Assembly: GCA_964493695.1 (NCBI GenBank)
Contig: CAZBPG010000001.1
Coordinates: 71,645 to 135,644 of the forward strand
DNA length: 64,000 nucleotides
Source of the DNA: an uncultured Chitinophaga sp.
GTDB taxonomy: Bacteria; Bacteroidota; Bacteroidia; Chitinophagales; LD1
Reading direction: 5' to 3'
Program-made: the position numbers and the translations under genes
In this document: positions 18,929-27,009 of the stretch, in pieces
Numbering within the stretch: position 1 is the stretch's first letter
How the letters are laid out: each line of letters begins with the position of its first letter
Notes under the pieces: generated by a model
The model's input: the letters and a program-made list of their open reading frames with translations, nothing else
The model's database searches: none
Told to the model about the DNA's origin: nothing

Positions 18929-19375
18929 TTACAAATACCTCCTTCTTCTGCGTTGTTTGGGCGGCTTGGTAAACTGCTCCTTGCGTGCGGTTTCGGCAAG
19001 GGCTATCTGGCGGGCATCGTCTGCGCGGGCAAAAAATGTTCCGCCAATCCAGTATATATCCATGCGGTTGAAGAGCGCCCAACTCAGCATCAGTGCTTCG
19101 CCCACTTTGGCCAGCTTGCTTACTTTGTTTAATGCAGTTAAACCGGCAGGCACGTGGTCACCGGTTATTACCGGCAGGCCTTCCCACGATGCTACACCGT
19201 AAAAGGCAGCTGTTGCTTCGGGCGTGGAGTGAGCATACTTAAGCCGCCCGATAGAGATGACCGCTGCCCGCCCGTGTTTGCGGGCGCGCGATAAACTTTG
19301 CAGCGATGAAAACTTACGCGTGGTGCGCAGATAATCGCCTGAGGGAAGAAGCGTGTTATGAAAGTAAATTGCCAT
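18929..19375 (-). CDS. Hypothetical protein (148 aa), basic C-terminus
   Basis: The ORF has an ATG start and is divergent from the T9SS gene. I recognised no family. Its first roughly 14 codons are duplicated at 53762-53806. Confidence 0.45.
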   Translation of the reverse strand: MAIYFHNTLLPSGDYLRTTRKFSSLQSLSRARKHGRAAVISIGRLKYAHSTPEATAAFYGVASWEGLPVITGDHVPAGLTALNKVSKLAKVGEALMLSWALFNRMDIYWIGGTFFARADDARQIALAETARKEQFTKPPKQRRRRRYL

Positions 19376-19470
19376 AATGTTTTGTTTACAGCCAAGATAA
19401 AAACAAAATAAAAAAGTGGAAGGGTGGGGCTTTTACTTACTTTTATGGAAAGGAATTTTATGAAATGGGT
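19331..19470. repeat. Duplicated divergent-promoter/leader block, copy 1
   Basis: Aligns by eye to 53762-53897, with shared strings tgtttacagccaagataaaaacaaaa and ggaagggtggggcttttacttacttttatg. Confidence 0.85.
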
Positions 19471-20335
19471 TTACCGGTGTATGCTTCCTGTTCTTCTTTT
19501 GCTTTCTGCTGAAGCAAAATCGCAGGCGTATGTTTATCATCCTTTTCCGGATTCGAATTTTACATGGAAAGGGTATACTGCATGTATTGGTGGTGGCGGT
19601 CATTGGTCATGTAATATACGAGGCGACACTCTCATCAACGGCATAACTTATAAAAACATTGGGAATATCGCTAGTATTTTGTTTATGGGTAGTATTCGTG
19701 TAGATACCAGTAAGAAAGTTTTTTTCTACAACTACAAGGAGTATGTAAACCACGAACGACTTTTGTATGATTTTTCATTTTCGGTTGGAGACACAATTTC
19801 CTCTTTGGCTACCGGAGAATTGTTGAATGTGTATCTTGTAGATACTCCAAGCTACTTTGGTATACCTAGAAGAACCTTACATTTAAGGACTGCCGGGGGA
19901 GCGGATAAAGACAAATGGATTGAAGGTGTTGGAAGTCATTTGGGTCCCTTAAGTTTATCAAAAGTTTCCCCGGGATATTGCGCTTGGTCTTGTTTATGCC
20001 AAGCGTTTGATGATTCACTGTTGGTATTTGAAAGGAATGATTACCTATCAAACTTGTGTTTCCCAACTTCTTCAATATTGGAAGTAAAGGGTTTATACAT
20101 AGTAAAGGTATATCCAAACCCCTCCACCACCTACTTCACTCTCCAGCTCTCCTCATCACCAAGCACGCCAACTCATTTTCAACTTTACGATGCACTCGGC
20201 CGACCGGTGATGCGCGAAGCGATAAATACTGAAACCACTGCCCTGCAACGCGGCAACCTGCCCACCGGTATTTACTTTTGGCAGTTAGAATCAGCAAATA
20301 AAATATTGGGGAGAGGGAAGGTGGTGATGGAGTAA
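19460..20335 (+). CDS. Secreted protein with T9SS C-terminal sorting domain (type A CTD)
   Basis: Signal peptide MKWVYRCMLPVLLLLSAEAKSQA and a C-terminal VYPNPSTTYFTLQL...GIYFWQL CTD signature. The start is moved to the Met preceding the signal peptide. Confidence 0.8.
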   Translation: MKWVYRCMLPVLLLLSAEAKSQAYVYHPFPDSNFTWKGYTACIGGGGHWSCNIRGDTLINGITYKNIGNIASILFMGSIRVDTSKKVFFYNYKEYVNHERLLYDFSFSVGDTISSLATGELLNVYLVDTPSYFGIPRRTLHLRTAGGADKDKWIEGVGSHLGPLSLSKVSPGYCAWSCLCQAFDDSLLVFERNDYLSNLCFPTSSILEVKGLYIVKVYPNPSTTYFTLQLSSSPSTPTHFQLYDALGRPVMREAINTETTALQRGNLPTGIYFWQLESANKILGRGKVVME

Positions 20336-20340
20336 ACTCC

Positions 20341-20373
20341 AACCCCGAAAGGGTTTAAAACCCTTTCGGGGTT
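20341..20373 (+). terminator. Hairpin AACCCCGAAAGGGTTT aaa ACCCTTTCGGGGTT after the first T9SS gene (dispersed repeat, putative terminator)
   Basis: 14-bp stem starting 6 nt after the stop codon with only a weak T-run. A near-identical copy lies at 37480-37514. Confidence 0.55.
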
Positions 20374-20398
20374 TGGTTATGCCTCTTATATTCGTTTC

Positions 20399-21334
20399 AT
20401 GAAATTGAAAGAACCAATCTCTGCCAAACAAATTGCTGAGTGGACCAACTGCGAAATTATTGGCGATGAAAAGGCACTGGTTAAAGGGCTGAACGAAATT
20501 CATAATGTAGAAGAAGGCGACATTACCTTTGTTGACCACGAGAAGTATTACGATTTTACCCTGAAGTCGAAAGCCACTTTCATCATCCTCAACAAGAAAG
20601 TAGAACCGGTGGCGGGCAAGGTGTTGTTCTATTCCGAAAATCCGTTTGCCGCCTACAACTATCTGGCAGAACGGTTTAAGCCCGAAGTAAGAACCGGTAA
20701 AAGCGTTGGCGAAACTTCGAAGATTGGTGAGGGAACTTTCATCTACCCCAATGCGTTTATCGGTGAGCATGTAACTATAGGTAACAACTGCGTCATTCAC
20801 CCCAACGCCACTATTTACGCCTATACCCAAATTGGCAACAACGTTATTATACACGCCAACGCTACCATCGGTGGCGATGCCTTTTATTACAAGCGCTATA
20901 AAACACACTACCAAAAAATGCACAGCGCAGGGCGCGTGGTGATTGCTGATGATGTGGAAATTGGTGCCGGCACTACTATAGATGCCGGTGTAAGCAGCGA
21001 TACCGTTATAGGCAAAGGCACCAAGCTCGATGACCAAGTGCATATTGGCCACGATGTAAAAATTGGTGAGCAATGCATTATTGCCGCGCAGGTGGGTATT
21101 GCAGGCAACACCAAAATAGGCAACCGGGTTACACTTTACGGCAAAGTGGCGGTAAACAAAAACATCACCATCGGTGACGATGCCATAGTTATGGCAACCT
21201 CAGCCGTGCCTAATAATTTAGAAGGAGGAAAAACCTATATCGGCTATCCGGCCGTAGAAGCCCGCACTTTTGCCAAGCAGGTAGCGGTGATAAAGAAGCT
21301 GCCGGAGCTTTGGGAGAAGTTGAAGAATCTTTGA
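20399..21334 (+). CDS. lpxD: UDP-3-O-acylglucosamine N-acyltransferase
   Basis: 311 aa with an LpxD N-terminal domain followed by a long left-handed beta-helix hexapeptide-repeat region. Confidence 0.85.
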   Translation: MKLKEPISAKQIAEWTNCEIIGDEKALVKGLNEIHNVEEGDITFVDHEKYYDFTLKSKATFIILNKKVEPVAGKVLFYSENPFAAYNYLAERFKPEVRTGKSVGETSKIGEGTFIYPNAFIGEHVTIGNNCVIHPNATIYAYTQIGNNVIIHANATIGGDAFYYKRYKTHYQKMHSAGRVVIADDVEIGAGTTIDAGVSSDTVIGKGTKLDDQVHIGHDVKIGEQCIIAAQVGIAGNTKIGNRVTLYGKVAVNKNITIGDDAIVMATSAVPNNLEGGKTYIGYPAVEARTFAKQVAVIKKLPELWEKLKNL

Positions 21335-21376
21335 TTCAACTTTCAAAAACTTTATCTTTGCTATAAACAACTACAC

Positions 21377-21607
21377 ATGGACTTAATTTCAAAATACGAT
21401 TTGATTGAGAAGATTGTGAAAACAGAAAATGAAACGCTGCTTAATCAGGTAAAGCATTTGCTGGAAGAAGAGGAAGTTGAATCTTGGAGAAATCTTGACC
21501 CTGCTTTAAAGGCATCTATAAAAAGAGGATTGTCGCAATCCGCTAAAGGGGAAGTGACACCACATGCACAAGTTATGAAGCGTTTACGCAAAAAGTATGC
21601 TAAGTAA
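21377..21607 (+). CDS. Putative antitoxin partner of the downstream RelE/ParE-like toxin
   Basis: 76 aa. It ends 2 nt before the toxin-like ORF. The call rests on position and size only. Confidence 0.45.
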   Translation: MDLISKYDLIEKIVKTENETLLNQVKHLLEEEEVESWRNLDPALKASIKRGLSQSAKGEVTPHAQVMKRLRKKYAK

Positions 21608-21609
21608 CA

Positions 21610-21900
21610 ATGAAAGTTTTCTGGACAAAGGAGGCGGAAGAAACATTCAACCAAAACATTGCCTACCTTGAAGAAGAATGGAATGAAGCCGTAATTGACA
21701 ATTTCATTGATAAAGTCGAAGAAGTTATAGCAGCCATTTCAAAACATCCCTTGGTTTTTCCTGCCATAAGTAAAAAGAAAGCTACCCATAAATGTTTGAT
21801 AGTAAAGCAGGTTTCACTCTATTATAAAGTTTTGGAAGACAGAATTGACCTGCTTACCTTTTGGAACAATTACCAAAACCCGAAACGGCTTAAGCTATAA
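21610..21900 (+). CDS. RelE/ParE-superfamily type II toxin-like protein
   Basis: 96 aa. The N-terminus (MKVFWTKEAEETFNQNIAYLEEEW) and overall size are typical of the Bacteroidota RelE/ParE-like family. Confidence 0.65.
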   Translation: MKVFWTKEAEETFNQNIAYLEEEWNEAVIDNFIDKVEEVIAAISKHPLVFPAISKKKATHKCLIVKQVSLYYKVLEDRIDLLTFWNNYQNPKRLKL

Positions 21901-22006
21901 TTGTGGTAATCTTTTCCTGCGTGGAAAACCTGTTACTAAAAACCTGAAATACTGAATCTATAATCCGAAGCAGGAAAATACATTCGCGCATTCAAATCTT
22001 CCCGAC

Positions 22007-23533
22007 ATGCGCAAAAAAATAAAGTCAGCTCTCATCTCCGTTTATTATAAAGATAAACTCGACCTCATTGTAAAAGAACTCGCTAAGCTCGGGGTGAAAA
22101 TTTACAGCACCGGTGGCACTCAAAGTTTTATTGAAGGGCTTGGTGTAAAAGTAACTGCGGTAGAAGACCTTACTTCTTATCCATCTATTTTAGGCGGGAG
22201 AGTAAAAACCCTTCACCCGAAAGTTTTCGGAGGCATTTTAGGAAGAAGAGATAACGCCAGCGACCAAAAAGAAATGGCGCAATACGAAATTCCTGAAATT
22301 GATTTGGTGATTGTTGACCTCTATCCGTTTGAAGAAACGGTGAAAGGCGGAGGAAGTGAAGAAGATATTATTGAGAAGATTGACATTGGCGGAATTTCGC
22401 TCATCCGTGCGGCAGCAAAAAACTTCAACGACACTATTATTGTTTCTACCCGCAACGATTACGAATCGCTTTTAGAATTACTGCAAACAAAAAATGGCGA
22501 AAGCGATTTAGAAGACCGTAAAAAGTTTGCCGCCAAAGCCTTCATGAACTCTTCGCATTACGATACGCTTATCTTTAATTACTTCAATAACGAATTCAAA
22601 TTCGAAGTTTTCAAAAGGAGCGAACTGAATGCAAAGGTGCTTCGCTATGGCGAGAACCCTCACCAACGCGGAGTGTTCTACGGCAATCTTGATGAGATTT
22701 TTGAAATACTAAACGGCAAAGAACTTTCTTACAACAATCTGGTAGATGTAGATGCTTCTATAAATCTCGTAGCTGAATTTTCTGAACCGACTATTGCCAT
22801 CATCAAACACACCAACAGCTGCGGGCTTGCTTCGCGCGAAACTATTGCGGAAGCCTACAAGGCCGCTTTTGCCTGCGATACTACTTCGGCATTTGGTGGT
22901 GTAATTGCCTCTAACCGCAAAATTGATTTGGCAACCGCCAACGAAATGAATTCCCTTTTCTTCGAAGTACTCACTGCACCCGGTTATGATGATGATGCGT
23001 TGGCCGTTTTAAAAAGTAAGAAGAACAGAATTATTATCAGACAACGGACAACGGACAACGGACAACAGAAAATACAGTTCAAAAATTTGCTGAATGGAGT
23101 ATTGACACAAGATGTTGATTCTAAAGCGGAAGGCAAAAGCGAATTCAAAGTAGCTACTGCAAAAGCCCCAGCCGCTACAGAAGTTTCTGATTTAGAGTTT
23201 GCCGTAATTGCCGTTAAGCATTTAAAGAGCAACGGTATTGCGCTCGTAAAAAACAAACAACTCATCGGCAGTAACTGCGGGCAAACATCGCGTGTAGATG
23301 CTTTGCAAAATGCAGTCCGCAAAGCAAAAGAGTTCGGTTTCGATTTAACCGGTGCCGTAATGGCAAGCGATGCCTTCTTCCCTTTTCCCGATTGCGTGCA
23401 GATTTCGCACGAAGCGGGAATAACCGCCATCGCGCAACCGGGTGGCAGTATCAAAGACCAGGACTCCATAGATGCCGCCAACAAAAACAACCAGGCCATG
23501 GTAATGACTGGTGTTAGGCACTTTAAGCACTAA
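22007..23533 (+). CDS. purH: Bifunctional AICAR transformylase / IMP cyclohydrolase
   Basis: 508 aa with an MGS-like N-terminal domain (ALISVYYKDKL...STGGT) and an AICARFT domain ending VMTGVRHFKH. Confidence 0.97.
   Translation: MRKKIKSALISVYYKDKLDLIVKELAKLGVKIYSTGGTQSFIEGLGVKVTAVEDLTSYPSILGGRVKTLHPKVFGGILGRRDNASDQKEMAQYEIPEIDLVIVDLYPFEETVKGGGSEEDIIEKIDIGGISLIRAAAKNFNDTIIVSTRNDYESLLELLQTKNGESDLEDRKKFAAKAFMNSSHYDTLIFNYFNNEFKFEVFKRSELNAKVLRYGENPHQRGVFYGNLDEIFEILNGKELSYNNLVDVDASINLVAEFSEPTIAIIKHTNSCGLASRETIAEAYKAAFACDTTSAFGGVIASNRKIDLATANEMNSLFFEVLTAPGYDDDALAVLKSKKNRIIIRQRTTDNGQQKIQFKNLLNGVLTQDVDSKAEGKSEFKVATAKAPAATEVSDLEFAVIAVKHLKSNGIALVKNKQLIGSNCGQTSRVDALQNAVRKAKEFGFDLTGAVMASDAFFPFPDCVQISHEAGITAIAQPGGSIKDQDSIDAANKNNQAMVMTGVRHFKH
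23038..23072. repeat. Tandem heptamer (CGGACAA)x4-5 inside purH
   Basis: cagacaa cggacaa cggacaa cggacaa cagaaaa, translated as RQRTTDNGQQK. Confidence 0.85.
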
Positions 23534-23584
23534 AATTAGAATTGTCATTGCGAGGCTCTGCGAAGCAATCTCTCTAAAACAAAA

Positions 23585-23612
23585 AGTCACTTTCAATTGA
23601 AAGTGGCTTTTT
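23585..23612. terminator. Bidirectional rho-independent terminator between purH (+) and 23632-24108 (-)
   Basis: aaaaAGTCACTTTC aatt GAAAGTGGCTtttt. The stem is flanked by an A-run and a T-run. Confidence 0.8.
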
Positions 23613-23631
23613 GTCTAATGTCTTGTGCCTG

Positions 23632-24108
23632 TTATCTAACGTCTACACGGAACTCTTTGCTCGCTCCAACTTTTCCTGCAGGATAATTCTGTCCGGTCGT
23701 AAAAGTTGATTTACCGGCTTCAAACGAAATCTTAAAACGAATCTGGTCGAAAGGCATTAACATATCCGGAACGAAATAAGTAATTGCATAGTCATAACGG
23801 TTTACGCGCGGGTCAAGCGTGGTCAAATCTTCAAAAAACAACGTGTCGGGATAAGTTGGTACATAACCGGAGGTATTCATGGAGTCAATATCAAACTTTC
23901 CCATAATCCAGTTTATCGGTCTGTCGGTAGTAAACTTAAAACTCATCGGTACCGAATCGCTGGGGAAATAAAAAGTTATAGAGGAATCTGGCAGCACAAT
24001 CGAAATGGGCTCAAGCGGTTCGCTGTCCACTTTCTTAGTACAGCCATTCATTACAGAAACAAACAGTGCAATTGCAATAACGGAGAGAAAAAGGATTTTA
24101 TTCTTCAT
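23632..24108 (-). CDS. Lipoprotein of unknown function
   Basis: 158 aa with a signal peptide and lipobox (VMNGC). Confidence 0.5.
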   Translation of the reverse strand: MKNKILFLSVIAIALFVSVMNGCTKKVDSEPLEPISIVLPDSSITFYFPSDSVPMSFKFTTDRPINWIMGKFDIDSMNTSGYVPTYPDTLFFEDLTTLDPRVNRYDYAITYFVPDMLMPFDQIRFKISFEAGKSTFTTGQNYPAGKVGASKEFRVDVR

Positions 24109-24121
24109 GGTGTTTTCAAAG

Positions 24122-24142
24122 TCCCCTTTAGGGGATTTAGGG
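24122..24142. repeat. Dispersed hairpin repeat TCCCCTTTAGGGGATTTAGGG
   Basis: Reverse complement of 62832-62853 (21 of 22 identical by eye). Confidence 0.8.
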
Positions 24143-24144
24143 TT

Positions 24145-25593
24145 TTACAAATACTTCATCATTATATCAGCCAAAGTTTTGTGGAACTTCTTGTATGGCG
24201 GTAACAATAGTTTGCTTGGCGGATTCCACGCCTTTAAAATAGAGCGCTCATTTACAAATTCCTTAAAACCATAATGCCCGTGGCTTTTGCCGATTCCGGA
24301 ATTGTTTACTCCGCCAAAAGGTAAATTAGCATGAGCATTATGCAGCAAGGTTTCATTAATACAGGTAGCTCCGGCAGAGGTATTTTTAATTACATACTCC
24401 TGATTTTTATTGCTCTTACTGTAGATGTAAAGCGCCAGTGGTTTTTCTTTTGAGTTGATAATGCGGATAGCTTCATCAATGTTGCCGTAAGAGATAACCG
24501 GAACAATCGGTCCGAAAATTTCTTCTTCCATCAAAAGCATATCGGGAGTAATGTTGGTGAGAATAGTGGGTGCTATATAATTCTGTGAAGCATCACTGTT
24601 TCCACCGGTTTCTACTTTTGCTCCTTTGCTTATGGCATCATCTAACAGTACTTTTATTCTGTTGAAATGTTTTGCATTTACAATTCTGCAATCATCTTTC
24701 GATTCAATGGGGTTAGCACCGAATCCTTTTTTAATAGAATCTTTTAATGCAGCTACAAACGCATCTTTCTTCTTTTCATCAACCAAAACATAGTCAACAG
24801 CTATACAGGTTTGACCACAGTTCACAAACTTACCAAACAGGAAATTATCAGCAGTTGCTTTCAGGTCGGCCGTGTCATCAATAATAGCGGGAGATTTGCC
24901 GCCTAACTCCAGCGTTACGCTGGTTAAATTCTCTGCCGCCTTTTTCATTACTGACTTGCCGTGCATAGGACTGCCGGTGAAATGAATATGGTCAAACTTC
25001 AAATTCATTAACTCCATCGAAACGGTATGGTCACCAGAAATAACCGCTACTTCGTTTTCAGGAAAAACCTCCTTCACAATTTCCTTAATCAATTTATCTG
25101 TATTAGGAGTAAATTCTGAAGGTTTAATAATAGCAGCACAGCCCGCAGCTACTGCTGAAATCAGATTTTTCAACGGAATCTGAAAAGGATAATTCCAAGG
25201 GCACAAGAAAAGCACATTGCCTTTCGGCTCTAAAACAACTTTTGCAGAAGTGCCGAAAAGCGGCAGAGGAGTATCCACTTCTTTATCTGCCGCCCAGTCA
25301 TGCAAATTCGCCTCAAAATTTTTGGCTTCCGCTATAATTGGTGTTATCTCGGTCATGTCTACCTGAACAGCAGGTTTGTGAAAATCATCCCATAATGCTT
25401 TCTGAACTTTCTCGCGGTTGGCAAATACTACTTCACGTAGCTTTTTAATTTTTTTCAGCCTGTCCGAAACAGATGTGTTCTTCAGGTTTTGAAGATTCTT
25501 TTTTTGAGCGTCATATATCCGGAGAATTTCTTCGAGCTTTGTGTTGGGTGCAATCGGAACCTCAACGGGCGGAATAGCAACTACTGTATCCAT
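24145..25593 (-). CDS. NAD(P)-dependent aldehyde dehydrogenase (class-3-like)
   Basis: 482 aa. It has the ALDH motifs WNYP, ELGGKSP and the catalytic Cys context (FVNCGQTCIAVDY). Confidence 0.9.
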   Translation of the reverse strand: MDTVVAIPPVEVPIAPNTKLEEILRIYDAQKKNLQNLKNTSVSDRLKKIKKLREVVFANREKVQKALWDDFHKPAVQVDMTEITPIIAEAKNFEANLHDWAADKEVDTPLPLFGTSAKVVLEPKGNVLFLCPWNYPFQIPLKNLISAVAAGCAAIIKPSEFTPNTDKLIKEIVKEVFPENEVAVISGDHTVSMELMNLKFDHIHFTGSPMHGKSVMKKAAENLTSVTLELGGKSPAIIDDTADLKATADNFLFGKFVNCGQTCIAVDYVLVDEKKKDAFVAALKDSIKKGFGANPIESKDDCRIVNAKHFNRIKVLLDDAISKGAKVETGGNSDASQNYIAPTILTNITPDMLLMEEEIFGPIVPVISYGNIDEAIRIINSKEKPLALYIYSKSNKNQEYVIKNTSAGATCINETLLHNAHANLPFGGVNNSGIGKSHGHYGFKEFVNERSILKAWNPPSKLLLPPYKKFHKTLADIMMKYL

Positions 25594-25672
25594 AGTTTTA
25601 TTTTAAGGCACTAAAAATAGAAATTATTTCTGCTTCTGAAACGCAGAATCTGCCAATAACTATATTCGGCAC

Positions 25673-26989
25673 ATGGAAAATTCGAGCAGCGGACATTTGA
25701 AGAAAACGCTTACTCCCATTATGCTCTGGGGCTTGGGTGTTGGTTATGTTATTTCAGGAATGTATTTCGGCTGGAATATCGGATTGGATAAAGGCGGAAC
25801 AGTCGGATTGGGTATTGCTACGGTGTTCATCCTTATCATGTATATCACATTTTCACTTTCGTATTCCGAGTTGGCATGTGCTATTCCCAAAGCCGGTGGA
25901 GCGTTTGATTATGCGGCACGTGCTTTTGGCAAGGACATTGGTTTTATTGCCGGTATGGCGCAATGGATTGAATTTGTTTTTGCCCCACCGGCTATTGCAC
26001 TTGGTATCGGAGCTTATTTCCATTTGCTGTTCCCGTCCGTTGATGCAATGGTTTTTGCAATTGTGGCTTATTTCATTTTCACCGGCATCAATATTCTGGG
26101 TGTGAAAATTTCTGCCACCTTCGAACTCATCATCACAATAATTGCTGTAGGCGAATTGACTTTGTTTGCAGCGCTTACACTTCCGCATTTTCAAATTGAG
26201 AATTTACAAACCAATCCATTCCCCCACGGAATCCCCGGAATTTTTGCCGCCATTCCGTTTGCCATTTGGTTTTTCCTTGGTATGGAAGGATTGGCAAACG
26301 TTGCAGAAGAAACCATCAACCCGCAGCAGAACATTACTAAGGGGTTTATGTATTCTATGATAACCTTAGGCATTTTAGCTGCCATGACTTTTTGTGCGGC
26401 AGTTGGTGTTGGTGGCTGGGAAAAGGTAGTTTACGATAGTGCGGGAAATGTTTCTGATTCACCGTTACCGATGGCACTCGGACAAATTACCGGCAACAGC
26501 GGATTCATGTATCATATGCTGGTTAGTGTCGGTCTATTTGGTTTTGTTGCTTCGTTCAATGGTTTGTTATTAGCTGCGGGCAGATGCACGTATGAATTTG
26601 GAAAAGTGGGACAGTTTCCTCGGGTACTCGGAAAAATTCATGCAGGGTTTCACACTCCTCATTACGCTTTGGTGTTTAACATGCTGATTGGAATTGTGGC
26701 GCTTTTCACGGGAAGAACCGGTGATATTATTACCGTTTCTGTTTTGGGGGCTCTCTGTCTTTATATTTTTTCTTGTTTATCTATTTTGAAGTTACGAAAA
26801 ACAGAGCCCGATATGCCTCGTCCTTTTCATGTTCCCTTTTTTCCGGTGCTTCCGTTAATTGCTTTAACTATTGCATCCGTAGCATTAGTGGCAATGATTT
26901 ACTACAACTATCAACTGGCAATAATTTATTTCGCGGTAATTACAGTAGCATTTGTGCTTTATCGCTTATTTAACTCATCAGGAAAATAA
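25673..26989 (+). CDS. APC-family amino acid/ethanolamine permease (Eat-like)
   Basis: 438 aa, 12 TM. The N-terminus LKKTLTPIMLWGLGVGYVISGMYFGWN closely resembles ethanolamine permeases. Confidence 0.75.
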   Translation: MENSSSGHLKKTLTPIMLWGLGVGYVISGMYFGWNIGLDKGGTVGLGIATVFILIMYITFSLSYSELACAIPKAGGAFDYAARAFGKDIGFIAGMAQWIEFVFAPPAIALGIGAYFHLLFPSVDAMVFAIVAYFIFTGINILGVKISATFELIITIIAVGELTLFAALTLPHFQIENLQTNPFPHGIPGIFAAIPFAIWFFLGMEGLANVAEETINPQQNITKGFMYSMITLGILAAMTFCAAVGVGGWEKVVYDSAGNVSDSPLPMALGQITGNSGFMYHMLVSVGLFGFVASFNGLLLAAGRCTYEFGKVGQFPRVLGKIHAGFHTPHYALVFNMLIGIVALFTGRTGDIITVSVLGALCLYIFSCLSILKLRKTEPDMPRPFHVPFFPVLPLIALTIASVALVAMIYYNYQLAIIYFAVITVAFVLYRLFNSSGK

Positions 26990-27009
26990 ACTCTTCAAAT
27001 TTTCGAACT

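Noticed and set aside
18726-19132. Small ORFs (65-97 aa) across the 42-bp array and antisense to the 148-aa gene
   Set aside because: Their translations are repeat-derived (…YRSAGMIAECRYKP…) or antisense to another gene, and they have no independent support.
18545-19375. Type III toxin-antitoxin, with the repeat-RNA array plus the 148-aa protein as toxin
   Set aside because: The array lies downstream of the ORF on its strand rather than upstream. The repeats are only moderately similar to each other, and the protein shows no resemblance I can see to ToxN/AbiQ-like endoribonucleases. I keep it only as a low-probability idea inside the array finding.
20291-21073. 260-aa ORF antisense to lpxD
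   Set aside because: It is a shadow ORF of the hexapeptide-repeat region, and the sense strand gives a clear LpxD. Other long antisense ORFs in the track have the same explanation (3469-4050, 5170-5808, 9203-9700, 16278-17033, 38103-38702, 43824-44378, 45146-45622, 45943-46434, 53176-53643, 55143-55643, 58340-58822, 58983-59468, 60105-60614).
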